From: an uncultured bacterium
GTDB taxonomy: Bacteria > Auribacterota > Erginobacteria > Erginobacterales > Erginobacteraceae
Reading direction: 5' to 3'
DNA: 64,000 nt
Assembly (NCBI GenBank): GCA_963822585.1
Contig: CAWGIE010000019.1
Location: forward strand, 32,001 to 96,000
Shown piece by piece: positions 10,029-19,196 of the stretch. A program made the translations under genes and the position numbers. Below the pieces are notes generated by a model. That model saw only the letters and a program-made list of their open reading frames with translations, was not told the origin of the DNA and ran no database searches. Position 1 is the first letter of the stretch. Every line of letters begins with the position of its first letter.

Positions 10029-10394
10029 ATGTCTCACATCATTCGCTACAACGAATCCGGTCACTATATCCTGTTGGTCGTCACCGGCAGGTTCACTATC
10101 GCCGACCTCAAGCACATCGCCCCCAAGGTGGCGGCGGTCAGCGGGAAGAAGGGCTGCTTCCGGGTCCTCATCGACATGCGGGCGGCCGGCGTTGACTTAT
10201 CTTTTATGGACGTGTTCAACGGCCCCCGTTTCATCGACGAAGCCGGCATCAGCCGCCGGACCAAAAGAGCGCTGGTCGTCCCCGCCAGTTTTGCCGAAGC
10301 CGACTTCCTGGAGACCGTGAGCCGCAACCAAGGGCAGAACCTGAAGGTGTTCCGGGACCCCGAAGAGGCCCTGGACTGGCTGCTCGGCGATTAA
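10029..10394 (+). CDS. hypothetical protein (SpoIIAA/STAS-like)
   Basis: RBS GAGGAG; RVLIDMR and C-terminal FLETV.RNQG...VFRD.EEALDWL. Confidence 0.75.
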   Translation: MSHIIRYNESGHYILLVVTGRFTIADLKHIAPKVAAVSGKKGCFRVLIDMRAAGVDLSFMDVFNGPRFIDEAGISRRTKRALVVPASFAEADFLETVSRNQGQNLKVFRDPEEALDWLLGD

Positions 10395-10549
10395 CCTCCA
10401 GAACCCCCTTCCTTTTAGAGGGTAACGCAAGATAATCGGACTGATGCCTTCCCATCGACCGGTGTCCCCCGCGGTAGTTAAGCGAGACGGCTGTTGAACA
10501 TCGTCAAGCTCCAGCACGTAGAATAATATAACACCACCAGGGAACGATA

Positions 10550-11089
10550 ATGCCGCTGAAGCGAATTGCATCATACCTATCGTCCAACCTGATCGCCGGC
10601 CTGAAGAAGCCCCCCTTTCCGGCGCCCCGGCAGGCGCTGCTGCCCATACCCCTTTACGCGGCCGGCGCCCTGGCGATCGGGTTCGGTTCGGGGCTTTTCA
10701 CCCCCGGTCTTCTCCGCTGGCCGCTCGCCTTTATCCTTCCGTTTACCCTTCTTGTCTTCCCCTCGCTGGTCGAGGAAGCGTTCTTCCGGGGGATCCTGAT
10801 CCCGATCGACACGGGGGAGAAGAAACCGGGGAAGATCGTTCTCTCCCTCCTTTGCAGCACCACGGTCTTCGTCGCCTGGCACCCCCTGAACGCGCTCACC
10901 CTCACCCCGGCGGCGGCTCCCGTCTTCTACAACCCCTATTTTCTGGCCATAACGGCCCTCCTCGGAATCGCCTGCGGCGTCGCCTACATCTACTCGCGAT
11001 CGCTCTGGCTGCCCGTGATCATCCACTGGGGCACCGTCCTGGTCTGGGTCGTCTTCCTGGGCGGCAGAAACAGGATTCTCGATCTCTAA
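10550..11089 (+). CDS. CPBP (CAAX protease-like) intramembrane metalloprotease
   Basis: EEAFFRG, FVAWH, SLW..VIIHW motifs; multiple TMs. Confidence 0.9.
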   Translation: MPLKRIASYLSSNLIAGLKKPPFPAPRQALLPIPLYAAGALAIGFGSGLFTPGLLRWPLAFILPFTLLVFPSLVEEAFFRGILIPIDTGEKKPGKIVLSLLCSTTVFVAWHPLNALTLTPAAAPVFYNPYFLAITALLGIACGVAYIYSRSLWLPVIIHWGTVLVWVVFLGGRNRILDL

Positions 11090-11264
11090 CGCTACGGGCC
11101 GGCTTTCCAAAGACCCGGATTGAAATATTATTGAACATAGCCCGACCCGATTTGTTCTAAATTAAGTACCGTCCGGGATGGACGGCGAGAAATATTCATG
11201 GGAATCTTTTTGTATTTTCTTTTATTAAAAGTACAATAGAGCCGCATAAAGGAGGATTCGAATC

Positions 11265-11792
11265 ATGATCAAAGCAAAACCGGCGGTGACAATGCTCTCC
11301 CTGGCGCTCCTGATCGGGGTGGGCTTGAGCGGATGCGATACCGGGACGATGAGGAACGGATCGGACATCACCATGGAGAAGGCCCCCGACTTCACCCTGG
11401 AAAAGCTGGGGGGGGGCAAGGTCAGCCTTTCCGATTATCGCGGAAAGATCCTCATCATCGATTTCTGGGCCACCTGGTGTCCTCCCTGCCGGATGGAGAT
11501 GCCGGAATTCGTCGAACTTTACCGGGATTATGCCGACAAGGGCGTGGAGATAATCGGGATCAGCATCGATCAGAATCCGCAGGCCGTCCTTCCCGCCTTC
11601 GTCGAGAAATATAAAATCAATTTCCCCATCCTCCTCACCGATCGGAAGGTGGACCGGGCGTACGGCGGAATATCCGGCATCCCCACCACATTTGTCGTCG
11701 ACCGGGAAGGAAAGGTCTATAAACAATATGTCGGTATGCGGCCCCGGGAGGTCTTTGAGGAGGCTATAAAGGCGTTGTTGGCGCAAAATTAA
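11265..11792 (+). CDS. TlpA-family thiol-disulfide oxidoreductase lipoprotein
   Basis: Lipobox LSG-C; APDFTL, FWATWCPPC..EMP, GIPTTFVVD. Confidence 0.93.
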   Translation: MIKAKPAVTMLSLALLIGVGLSGCDTGTMRNGSDITMEKAPDFTLEKLGGGKVSLSDYRGKILIIDFWATWCPPCRMEMPEFVELYRDYADKGVEIIGISIDQNPQAVLPAFVEKYKINFPILLTDRKVDRAYGGISGIPTTFVVDREGKVYKQYVGMRPREVFEEAIKALLAQN

Positions 11793-11850
11793 TCCAGGCA
11801 GCAACGATTTGATGCCGGGCCATCTGAATTCATTAAACTTAAACGGGGTA

Positions 11851-11932
11851 GTGGAGTGATGGAGTAATGGGGACCATCAGCCGGAAGGGGCCATGCCTCC
11901 ACTACTCCAACACTCCAATACTCCATCACTCC
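11851..11932. repeat. 8-mer inverted STR hairpin (TGGAGTRA.. / ..ACTCCA)
   Basis: Same family at 26629-26714, 40194-40272, 61537-61619. Confidence 0.75.
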
Positions 11933-11956
11933 CTGCTTGCAATACCCGATTATTTC

Positions 11957-12136
11957 ATGAATAACTCATATCCCGCATCCAGGCTTAAACGTATTCTCCA
12001 GAAACGCTTTCGCCCGGTTTGCCTGCTCCTTCTTTTGGGGATCGTCATGATCATCATGGGTGTCGTCCTCCAGGAGAACCAGGCGACACTGAGAAACGCC
12101 CTCTACCTCTGTCTCGACTGTATAGGGATCGGCTGA
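11957..12136 (+). CDS. small TM protein with C-terminal CxxC (CD1871A-like family)
   Basis: One TM then LCLDCIGIG*; TGA overlaps ATG of the following 4Fe-4S gene. Confidence 0.8.
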   Translation: MNNSYPASRLKRILQKRFRPVCLLLLLGIVMIIMGVVLQENQATLRNALYLCLDCIGIG

Positions 12137-12999
12137 TGCAGATAGCGCGCAGAATCATCCAGGTTGTCGCCGCGGTAGGGGTCAACTCGTCCTTCCTGCT
12201 CGGGCAGCCGCTGCCCAACAAGATCTATCAGGGACCGTTGAAGCAGATCTGTCAGCCGGGGCTGAACTGCTATGCCTGCCCCTACGCGGTGGGCGCCTGC
12301 CCGATCGGATCGCTCCAGTATTTCGTCGGCTACGGCTCCTATCATTTCTCCATTTACGTGGGCGGATTCCTGCTCCTTTTCGGCGGCATCCTGGGCCGGG
12401 TGGTCTGCGGGTGGCTCTGCCCCTTCGGGCTGCTCCAGGACCTGCTTTTCAAGATCAGGAGTCCTAAGCTGAAGTTCTTCGCCCCGCTGCGCCATCTGCG
12501 CTGGGCCGCCCTGCTCGGGCTGGTATTCCTGCTCCCCTTGCTGACCGGGTCCCCCTCCTACTGCCGCTACCTCTGTCCGGCCGGCGCCCTGGAAGGAGGG
12601 GTCCCCTTCGGCCTCTTCAGCAGCCAGGTCCGGCAGATCATCGGGAGCATGTACTTTATCAAGCTCGGGGTGCTGGCCTTTTTTCTCGGCGCTTCCGTCG
12701 TCACTTTCCGTTTCTTCTGCCGGACGGCGTGTCCCCTGGGACTGATCTACGGCTTCTTCAACCGGGTGTCATTGCTCGGTCTTTCCTGCGATTCCGAGCG
12801 CTGCACTCAATGCGGGTTATGCTCCAAAGCCTGCCCGGTGGACCTCGCCCCCGAGAAAGGCGAATACCGGCGCGGGGAATGTATCCTCTGCCTGAAATGC
12901 CGCGACGCCTGCCCCCAGGGATGCTTCACCTTCGGGCTGAAAGCCGGGCAGACTTCCTCCCGCCGCGAGCGCGACCCCGAAAGAGAAACCGCCCCCTGA
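12136..12999 (+). CDS. membrane 4Fe-4S binding protein (NapH/MauN-like)
   Basis: CQPGLNCYACP..ACPIGSLQ, CGWLCPFG, CRYLCPAG, two C-terminal CxxCxxCxxxCP motifs. Confidence 0.92.
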   Translation: MQIARRIIQVVAAVGVNSSFLLGQPLPNKIYQGPLKQICQPGLNCYACPYAVGACPIGSLQYFVGYGSYHFSIYVGGFLLLFGGILGRVVCGWLCPFGLLQDLLFKIRSPKLKFFAPLRHLRWAALLGLVFLLPLLTGSPSYCRYLCPAGALEGGVPFGLFSSQVRQIIGSMYFIKLGVLAFFLGASVVTFRFFCRTACPLGLIYGFFNRVSLLGLSCDSERCTQCGLCSKACPVDLAPEKGEYRRGECILCLKCRDACPQGCFTFGLKAGQTSSRRERDPERETAP

Positions 13000-13255
13000 C
13001 CGATCTCCGGGCGGCACCAGGCTCCCCGGGAAATATTTCCGCGGTTCCCGCCGCCGGGATTGCTGTTCGCGCGTCTTCCCGATTCGAAATCTTATTTTTT
13101 CTTCCCCGATTAATGCTTCGGGGCGGGGCGAAAAAATAAGAGTGAAATACACTAAGTCTCTGGAAGAATGATATCCAGGGAACTAAATATCGGCCGATGT
13201 ATAAAAGCTTTTTTTGCGCGATTGCCTCCATGGAATTATGTCTGTTTAGGCAACA

Positions 13256-13314
13256 GACCCCGATTGAATCAATCGGGGTCCACTATTAATGAGCGCCGAA
13301 GGCGCTCATTAATA
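13256..13314. repeat. two adjacent palindromes
   Basis: GACCCCGATTGA-A-TCAATCGGGGTC followed by TATTAATGAGCGCCGAAGGCGCTCATTAATA. Confidence 0.7.
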
Positions 13315-13399
13315 AAATAGTGCTTGACTTGCGGTCCAACTTCTTTATTTTGTGAAGATCGTTTTCCTGAAATCCGATTAATGTAAAGGAGGGAAGGTC

Positions 13400-13570
13400 A
13401 TGGCGTATCATATTAGTGATGAATGTGTCTCCTGCGGGACCTGCCAGCCGGAGTGTCCGGTTGAGGCAATTTCGGAAGGGACACCGTATGTCATCGATCC
13501 CGAGAAGTGCGTCGACTGCGGCGCCTGCGCGGCCGTCTGCCCCGTTGAAGCAATCTCAGAAGGCGAATAG
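13400..13570 (+). CDS. 2[4Fe-4S] ferredoxin (56 aa; below ORF-track cutoff)
   Basis: Translated by hand: MAYHISDECVSCGTCQPECPVEAISEGTPYVIDPEKCVDCGACAAVCPVEAISEGE*; RBS AAGGAGG. Confidence 0.95.
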   Translation: MAYHISDECVSCGTCQPECPVEAISEGTPYVIDPEKCVDCGACAAVCPVEAISEGE

Positions 13571-13634
13571 ACAGAACGTCTCTTACCGCCGGCCGCGCGG
13601 CCGGGCGATAAGAGAAAATCCAGGGGATTAACCC

Positions 13635-14021
13635 ATGCTTTCAAGATCAATGATCAAGTGGCCGTATCTGACGGTCGGTCTTTTCGTAGCCGGAATGCTC
13701 TGCCTCTCATCGCCGGGCTGGGGCGGACTCCTCCTTTCCCGGACGCAGGGAGCGGAGACAGCCGACTTTTCCCGGCTGTGCCTGGAGAAAGAGATCATAA
13801 CCGGCGCCCTGGTCCGGATGGGCTGGAGCCGGGAAGACGCGGTCGAGCGGCTGGCATTGCTCCCGGAAGGGGAGATTCACCGGTTCGCGAACGCGCTGGA
13901 TACGGTCCGGGCCGGGGGGGAAGAAGAGAATAAAGACTCCCGGGCTCTCGGAGTCGGCCTGGTTATCGTTGTTGTGCTGCTCGGCATCACCGGCATCTAT
14001 CTCTTCGCCAATTCGGATTAA
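13635..14021 (+). CDS. PA2779-like protein (putative double-glycine precursor)
   Basis: Signal peptide, LVRMG.SREDAVERLALLPEGEI..FA....RAGG then hydrophobic C-terminal helix; adjacent C39 peptidase. Confidence 0.7.
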   Translation: MLSRSMIKWPYLTVGLFVAGMLCLSSPGWGGLLLSRTQGAETADFSRLCLEKEIITGALVRMGWSREDAVERLALLPEGEIHRFANALDTVRAGGEEENKDSRALGVGLVIVVVLLGITGIYLFANSD

Positions 14022-14108
14022 AACCCCCCGGGCAGTCACCCAAACGGCCCGGCCGGGCGGCGGCGCTACCGGCACCGCCTCCCCGCCGGTGGATGTGATT
14101 CTCCCGCC

Positions 14109-14654
14109 ATGAATTCATACGGGGTCTTCCTTGTCTCCCAGCTTTTTCTTCTCTCCGCCCCGCCCACCCCCTGCCCCGCCCCGGCCGCCACTCCCGGCAG
14201 CCATGTAATCAGCGAGATCCCCTTCCAGCGTCAGGAACGGGAATACTGCGGACCGGCCGCTCTGGCCATGGTCTTCGGCTATTATAAAGTCGTCATTCCC
14301 CAGGAAAAGCTGGCCGGCGAAATCTATCAGAAGAAACTCGACGGGGCGCTTAACCTGGACATGCTGATCTCCGCCCGGCGCCACGGTTTTGCCGCCGAGG
14401 CCCCGGAGGGATCGCTCTCCCTGCTCAAAGCATCTCTCCGGCGGGACATCCCCGTTATCGTGATGGTCCGGGCCGGCACATCCCCCGAACGGTATCACTA
14501 CCTGATCGTTTACGGGTACGATGACGCCGCGGATAAATTGTCCATCTATTCGGGGGGAACCGAACCCGGGACCGTTTCTTACCGGGACTTCGACGATAAG
14601 TGGAAAGCGACCGGCCGGTGGATGCTGATTATTGAACAGAAACAGGATTTGTAA
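14109..14654 (+). CDS. C39-family cysteine peptidase (PA2778-like)
   Basis: IPFQRQ..EYCGPAALAMV, HYLIVYGYD, F..KW..TGRW. Confidence 0.88.
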   Translation: MNSYGVFLVSQLFLLSAPPTPCPAPAATPGSHVISEIPFQRQEREYCGPAALAMVFGYYKVVIPQEKLAGEIYQKKLDGALNLDMLISARRHGFAAEAPEGSLSLLKASLRRDIPVIVMVRAGTSPERYHYLIVYGYDDAADKLSIYSGGTEPGTVSYRDFDDKWKATGRWMLIIEQKQDL

Positions 14655-14713
14655 TCGGATTAGAAGATCTTGGGAAGACCCTGTCAGTATCAAAATCGAT
14701 ATTCCCCAATAGC

Positions 14714-14858
14714 AAAAATCAGAAATCCGAAATTCGAAACCCGAAACCCGAATGACGAAGGAGCTTGTATCTCGCGGGCGGATAAAAATTTGAAACTGAA
14801 CATTCTTTCGGGTTTCGGATTTCAGGTTTCGGGTTTCGGGTTTCGGGTTTCGTCATTT
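14714..14858. repeat. heptamer inverted STR hairpin (GAAACCC / GGGTTTC)
   Basis: Tandem AAATCCG/AAACCCG arm and inverted TTTCGGG arm around a short spacer. Confidence 0.8.
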
Positions 14859-14865
14859 GAATTCC

Positions 14866-15621
14866 ATGCTTAATAAAATACATATCTTTATTGTCCCCTT
14901 CTTCTTATCGCTCCTTGTCTTCGTATCGGCAGCCTGTTCCGGCTACCGGATGACCGTCCAGGGGGTGAACCTCGATCATTTTATCGAAAGCCACCCGGCC
15001 GGGGCCGGGGCCCCGGACCTGCAGCAGGAGGCGGTCTATCATAACGACCTGGGGGTGCTTTTGGAACGCGACGGCGACCTGAGAGGCGCGCTCACGCAGT
15101 ACCAGCTGGCCCGGAAGAAAGACCCGGACCTGGTTTTGGCCTACATCAACGCCGGGAACGTCCTGGTCAAGATGAATGAATTAATCGAGGCCGAGCAGCT
15201 GTACCGCCAGGCGCTGGAACGGGAACCGGACCAGCCCCAGGCGCTCAATAACATGGCCTGGGTTCTCCTCCTTCGCGGGGAGAAACCGGCCGGGGCCATC
15301 ACCCTGCTGGAGAGGGCCATCGAGGTCGACGCGGAGAACCGCTACCGGTACCTGGACAGCCTCGGCTGGGCGCTCTACCGTGACGGCCGGATCGAGGAAG
15401 CCGCGCAGACGCTGGCCCGGGCCCTGGAGGAGACACCGCCCGCCGAAGACTATCTTCTGGGGGAGACCCACTATCATCTGGGTCTGATCTGCCTCGAACG
15501 GGGCGAGAAGCAGGCGGCGGACGAACACTTCCGGAAGAGCCTCGAGATCTATCCCTCGCCGGAGCGGGAGGCGGAGATAAACGAAATGACGAAGGACGAG
15601 GGACGAAGGACGAAAGAATGA
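14866..15621 (+). CDS. TPR-repeat lipoprotein
   Basis: Lipobox SAA-C; several TPRs (HNDLG, YINAG, LNNMAW, YLDSLGWAL, HYHLG). Confidence 0.88.
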   Translation: MLNKIHIFIVPFFLSLLVFVSAACSGYRMTVQGVNLDHFIESHPAGAGAPDLQQEAVYHNDLGVLLERDGDLRGALTQYQLARKKDPDLVLAYINAGNVLVKMNELIEAEQLYRQALEREPDQPQALNNMAWVLLLRGEKPAGAITLLERAIEVDAENRYRYLDSLGWALYRDGRIEEAAQTLARALEETPPAEDYLLGETHYHLGLICLERGEKQAADEHFRKSLEIYPSPEREAEINEMTKDEGRRTKE

Positions 15622-15808
15622 CGAATGACGAAAGAGGCCCGGCGGGGGAATTCGTGTAATTCGCGAAATTCGTAGTTTAAATAGAGGGGGGGCGAGGTAA
15701 TTCGTGTAGATTCGCGCGATTCGTGGTTTATTAAAGAGGGCGAGGCGGGGGGAACTTTTGCGTTTTTTGCGCCTTTTTGCGGCTAATAAAAGGGACCGGG
15801 GCAGAGGG
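15588..15808 (+). repeat. G-anchor/STR-module array A
   Basis: Four G-rich anchors (15631, 15679, 15733, 15788) alternate with distinct 7-10-mer tandem modules. Confidence 0.8.
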
Positions 15809-15809
15809 A

Positions 15810-18800
15810 ATGGAAACGAACCCGATCATCGAGACGATCACCAGCCAGGACGCCTCTCTCCGGAACCGAACGGCGGAGGAACTTCTCGACGGGAAACCCT
15901 TTTCCTGGCTTCTTGACCGGGCCAAGGAACTGGAGAGGTTCCTCAAGGACTGCTCCAATCTCTATCAGCGAGTCCGCGCCTGTCTCTTCCTCTTTGCCCT
16001 CTACCGCTTCTATCTCCCGGCGGCGCGGAAGACTTCCGGCCGGGGATTTATTCCCCATTCCGCCGCCCGGCAGATGTTGAGCCGGAACTGGGCGGCCGCG
16101 ATCAGGCTGCTCCGGCCGGCACTCAAGCTGGGAGCAGCCGACATCGTTCTCAGCGCGCTGGCCGAAGCCTATTATCGGCTGGCCTTCAGCTACCTCCTCG
16201 ACCAGATCCATGATTCCATCAGCCGGGCGCCGGGGAACGAATGGCTCTACCGCCTGACCTCGATCGACAACTACCCGCTCCGGGTGCCGGATGAACTGGC
16301 CGAATCGGGTCCCGATACCGGCCTCCACCCCCTGGGTTATGACTGCTGCCCGGTCCGGATAGATCCCTGCCATTCGGGGTGGTCGGATATCTTCTTTCTG
16401 GCCATGGATTATCCCGAAGGGGCCCGGGTCATCAACCTCTCGGTCGATATCGCCCGGCAGGGCACGGGGGCGCCCCGGCCGCCGATCGAATGCTACAGCC
16501 GGGTCATCGACCGGGCGGCCATCCGCCTGGTCTCGCTCGATCTGGGGATCGTCCGGAATATCACCACCACCACCGACCTCTTCGACTTCGGCCTCGACCG
16601 ACTCGGTCTTTTGAAAGCGGGGGTGATCGCGGCCGGTATCGTCCCCCCAGCTTTCAAGGATAACCGGCTGGCTGTCCTCAAGATCCTCCGCCGGATGCTG
16701 GGCCGGGGGCGGGGCATAGAACTGGTCACCCGGGTCCGGGACCTCCCCCCGGGCTCCCGGATGGCGGTCTCCACTACCCTGCTCGCCGCCATCATCACCC
16801 GCCTGATGCGCCAGACCGGCCAGATTACTTCGCCCGAGGGAGAACTGAGCGATAAGGAACGCCGGCTGGTGGCTTCCCGGGCCATCCTCGGCGAATGGCT
16901 GGGCGGATCGGGGGGCGGCTGGCAGGATTCAGGCGCCCTCTGGCCCGGGATCAAACTCATAGAAGGCGTCCCGGCCCGGAACGGCGACCCGGAATACGGT
17001 ATCAGCCGGGGGAGGCTGCTCCCCGAGTACCGGGTGATCCCCCCGGAGGAACTCCCCCCCCGCCTGGATGAGATACTCCGGGAAAGCGTCGTCCTCGTCC
17101 ACGGGGGTTTGGCCCGTGACGTGGGACCGGTCCTGGAACTGGTGACGGACAAGTACCTCCTCCGCTACCGGCGGGAGTGGGAGGCGCGAGTGCGGGAATC
17201 CGGATACTTCGACCGGATCGTGGCCGCCATCCGCCGCGGCGACATGGCCGCGCTGGGGGCGGCCACCACCGAGGACTGGGAGAGGGGGACCAAGCGGATC
17301 ATCCCCTGGGCGACGGACGCCTATACCGAAGAGCTGATCGCCCGGGTCCGCGAGAGATGGGGAGACGACTACCGCGGTTTTCTCATGCTCGGCGGCCAGG
17401 CGGGCGGGGGGATGGCTTTCATCTTCAACCCGGCCGTTCACCGTGATGTCGTCGGGAATTTGGAGCAACTGATGGGCGAGGTCAAGCGGCGGTATGAACG
17501 CGCCCTCCCCTTCGCCATGGAACCGGCGATCTTCGACTTCACCCTCAACAACACCGGGATCCGGGGCGAACTCCGCCGGGAGGGAGACGCCCTCCTCCCC
17601 GAAGACTATTACCGCCTGATCCTCTCCGATCCCTCCTTCCGGCCGGAAGCGAAGATGCAGATCCCCCCGGCCCCGGAGGTCGAGCGGGCCCGGCGCCGGT
17701 ACGGATTGGCCGGATCCGGACCGGAGGCCACCCCGGCGGGCGGCGGCGGGAGGGAGGAGGCCGCGGCCGGGTTCGGTGAGCCGGTCCCCCCCGCGCTCCT
17801 GCGCCGCTTCGGTTTCGATGCCGAGCTGCACGCGCGGAACCGGAAACTCTACCGGGAAGGGGAGATCGGACTCGCCCGGAACCGTCTCCCCGAAGAATGC
17901 CTGATCGAGGATGCCGGGCCCGAAGACGTCACTCCGGTCCCCCGGGAGGGGAGCGCGATTTTCCGGGAGTGCCGGAAACGGGGGGAAGAAGCGATTCGGG
18001 AGGGAAAGGCGGCGGTGGTGACCTTCGGGGCCGGGCTGGGCAGCCGGTGGGCGGGGGGAGCCGACATGGTCAAGCTCTTGAATCCCTTTTTGATGATGGA
18101 GGGCCGGCACCGCTCCTTTCTGGAGATCCATCTCGCCAAGACCGCGAAGACCGGCCGGGACTTCGACCGGCCTCTCCAGCATGCCCTCACCACCAGTTTC
18201 CTGACCCATGACCCTATCGCCGAAACTCTCTCCCGGACCGGGAATTTCGGATCCCCCGGTCCGGTCTACCTCTCCCCTTCCCGCTCCATCATCCAGCGGC
18301 TGTGCCCCCGGGAAGACGACCTGAGGGAATTCTGGAAGCCCCGGCTCCGGCTGATTCACGATCCGGAACAGCGGAAAATCGCCCGGCAGCGGGTCGAACG
18401 GCTGGTCCGGTGGGCGGCCGCCCTCGGCCCGGGAGAGGATTTCAACGGGAACGTTCCCCGGAAGAGATTCTATCCCCCCGGACACTGGTACGAAATCCCC
18501 GGCCTGATCCGGAACGGCACCCTGGGTAAAATGATCATTGATAACCCGGGATTGAACTACCTGCTGGTCCATAATGCCGATACCCTGGGGGCCTCCCTCG
18601 ATCCCCTCCTGCTCGGCCTCCACATCCTGAAGGAGAAGACGCTCAGTTTCGAGGTGGTTCCCCGTTTCTGGGGGGACCGGGGAGGATTTCTGGCCCGGAT
18701 CGACGGCGATCCTCGTATCATCGAGGCCGGCTGTCTGCCCCGGGAAGAAGACGAATTTCTCTTCTCTTACTACAATTCCCTCACCACCTGGATCACTATC

Positions 18801-19166
18801 GACCGGCTCCTCTCTTTCTTCTGGCTGACCCGGGAGGACCTGAAACGGGCCGCGGACGATCCGGACACCACCGGCCGGGTGGAAAATTCGCTCGGCGAAG
18901 TGGAGCAAGAGATCCCGGTCTATGTCACACTGAAGGAAACCCCGTTTATCTGGGGCGGCGGGCGGACGGAAATGGTACCGGTGGTACAGTGCGAGCGGTT
19001 ATGGGGGGAGATGAGCCGGCTGCCGGGCCTTCCCACCGGCTTCATCGCCGTCGCCCGGAACCGGGGGCGCCAGCTGAAGGACCCCCATACCCTCGACAAC
19101 TGGATCCGGGACGGCGCCCGGGACTACCTGGCGGGGATCACTTTTTTCCCTGATGTCGGGAAGTAA
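15810..19166 (+). CDS. GHMP sugar kinase - UTP-hexose-1-phosphate uridylyltransferase fusion
   Basis: GHMP motifs RID..HSGWSD, LPPGSRMAVST, GSGGGWQD, LGGQAGGG; C-terminal FGAGLGSRW..VK, PPGHWYE, HNADTLGA. Confidence 0.8.
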   Translation: METNPIIETITSQDASLRNRTAEELLDGKPFSWLLDRAKELERFLKDCSNLYQRVRACLFLFALYRFYLPAARKTSGRGFIPHSAARQMLSRNWAAAIRLLRPALKLGAADIVLSALAEAYYRLAFSYLLDQIHDSISRAPGNEWLYRLTSIDNYPLRVPDELAESGPDTGLHPLGYDCCPVRIDPCHSGWSDIFFLAMDYPEGARVINLSVDIARQGTGAPRPPIECYSRVIDRAAIRLVSLDLGIVRNITTTTDLFDFGLDRLGLLKAGVIAAGIVPPAFKDNRLAVLKILRRMLGRGRGIELVTRVRDLPPGSRMAVSTTLLAAIITRLMRQTGQITSPEGELSDKERRLVASRAILGEWLGGSGGGWQDSGALWPGIKLIEGVPARNGDPEYGISRGRLLPEYRVIPPEELPPRLDEILRESVVLVHGGLARDVGPVLELVTDKYLLRYRREWEARVRESGYFDRIVAAIRRGDMAALGAATTEDWERGTKRIIPWATDAYTEELIARVRERWGDDYRGFLMLGGQAGGGMAFIFNPAVHRDVVGNLEQLMGEVKRRYERALPFAMEPAIFDFTLNNTGIRGELRREGDALLPEDYYRLILSDPSFRPEAKMQIPPAPEVERARRRYGLAGSGPEATPAGGGGREEAAAGFGEPVPPALLRRFGFDAELHARNRKLYREGEIGLARNRLPEECLIEDAGPEDVTPVPREGSAIFRECRKRGEEAIREGKAAVVTFGAGLGSRWAGGADMVKLLNPFLMMEGRHRSFLEIHLAKTAKTGRDFDRPLQHALTTSFLTHDPIAETLSRTGNFGSPGPVYLSPSRSIIQRLCPREDDLREFWKPRLRLIHDPEQRKIARQRVERLVRWAAALGPGEDFNGNVPRKRFYPPGHWYEIPGLIRNGTLGKMIIDNPGLNYLLVHNADTLGASLDPLLLGLHILKEKTLSFEVVPRFWGDRGGFLARIDGDPRIIEAGCLPREEDEFLFSYYNSLTTWITIDRLLSFFWLTREDLKRAADDPDTTGRVENSLGEVEQEIPVYVTLKETPFIWGGGRTEMVPVVQCERLWGEMSRLPGLPTGFIAVARNRGRQLKDPHTLDNWIRDGARDYLAGITFFPDVGK

Positions 19167-19196
19167 ATCCCTTCCCTGTCTGACTTGTCCGACACG

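Noticed and set aside
14670..14873. Small ORFs in heptamer regions (also 25528-25785, 23944-24210, 49970-50251)
   Set aside because: Translations of STR tracts (NPKFETRNP, QIPNNKSQ, TFDV), not credible genes
16929..18908. Long antisense ORFs (also 22701-24038, 26572-28026, 61560-63029 and others)
   Set aside because: Shadow frames of well-supported GC-rich genes with no recognisable motifs
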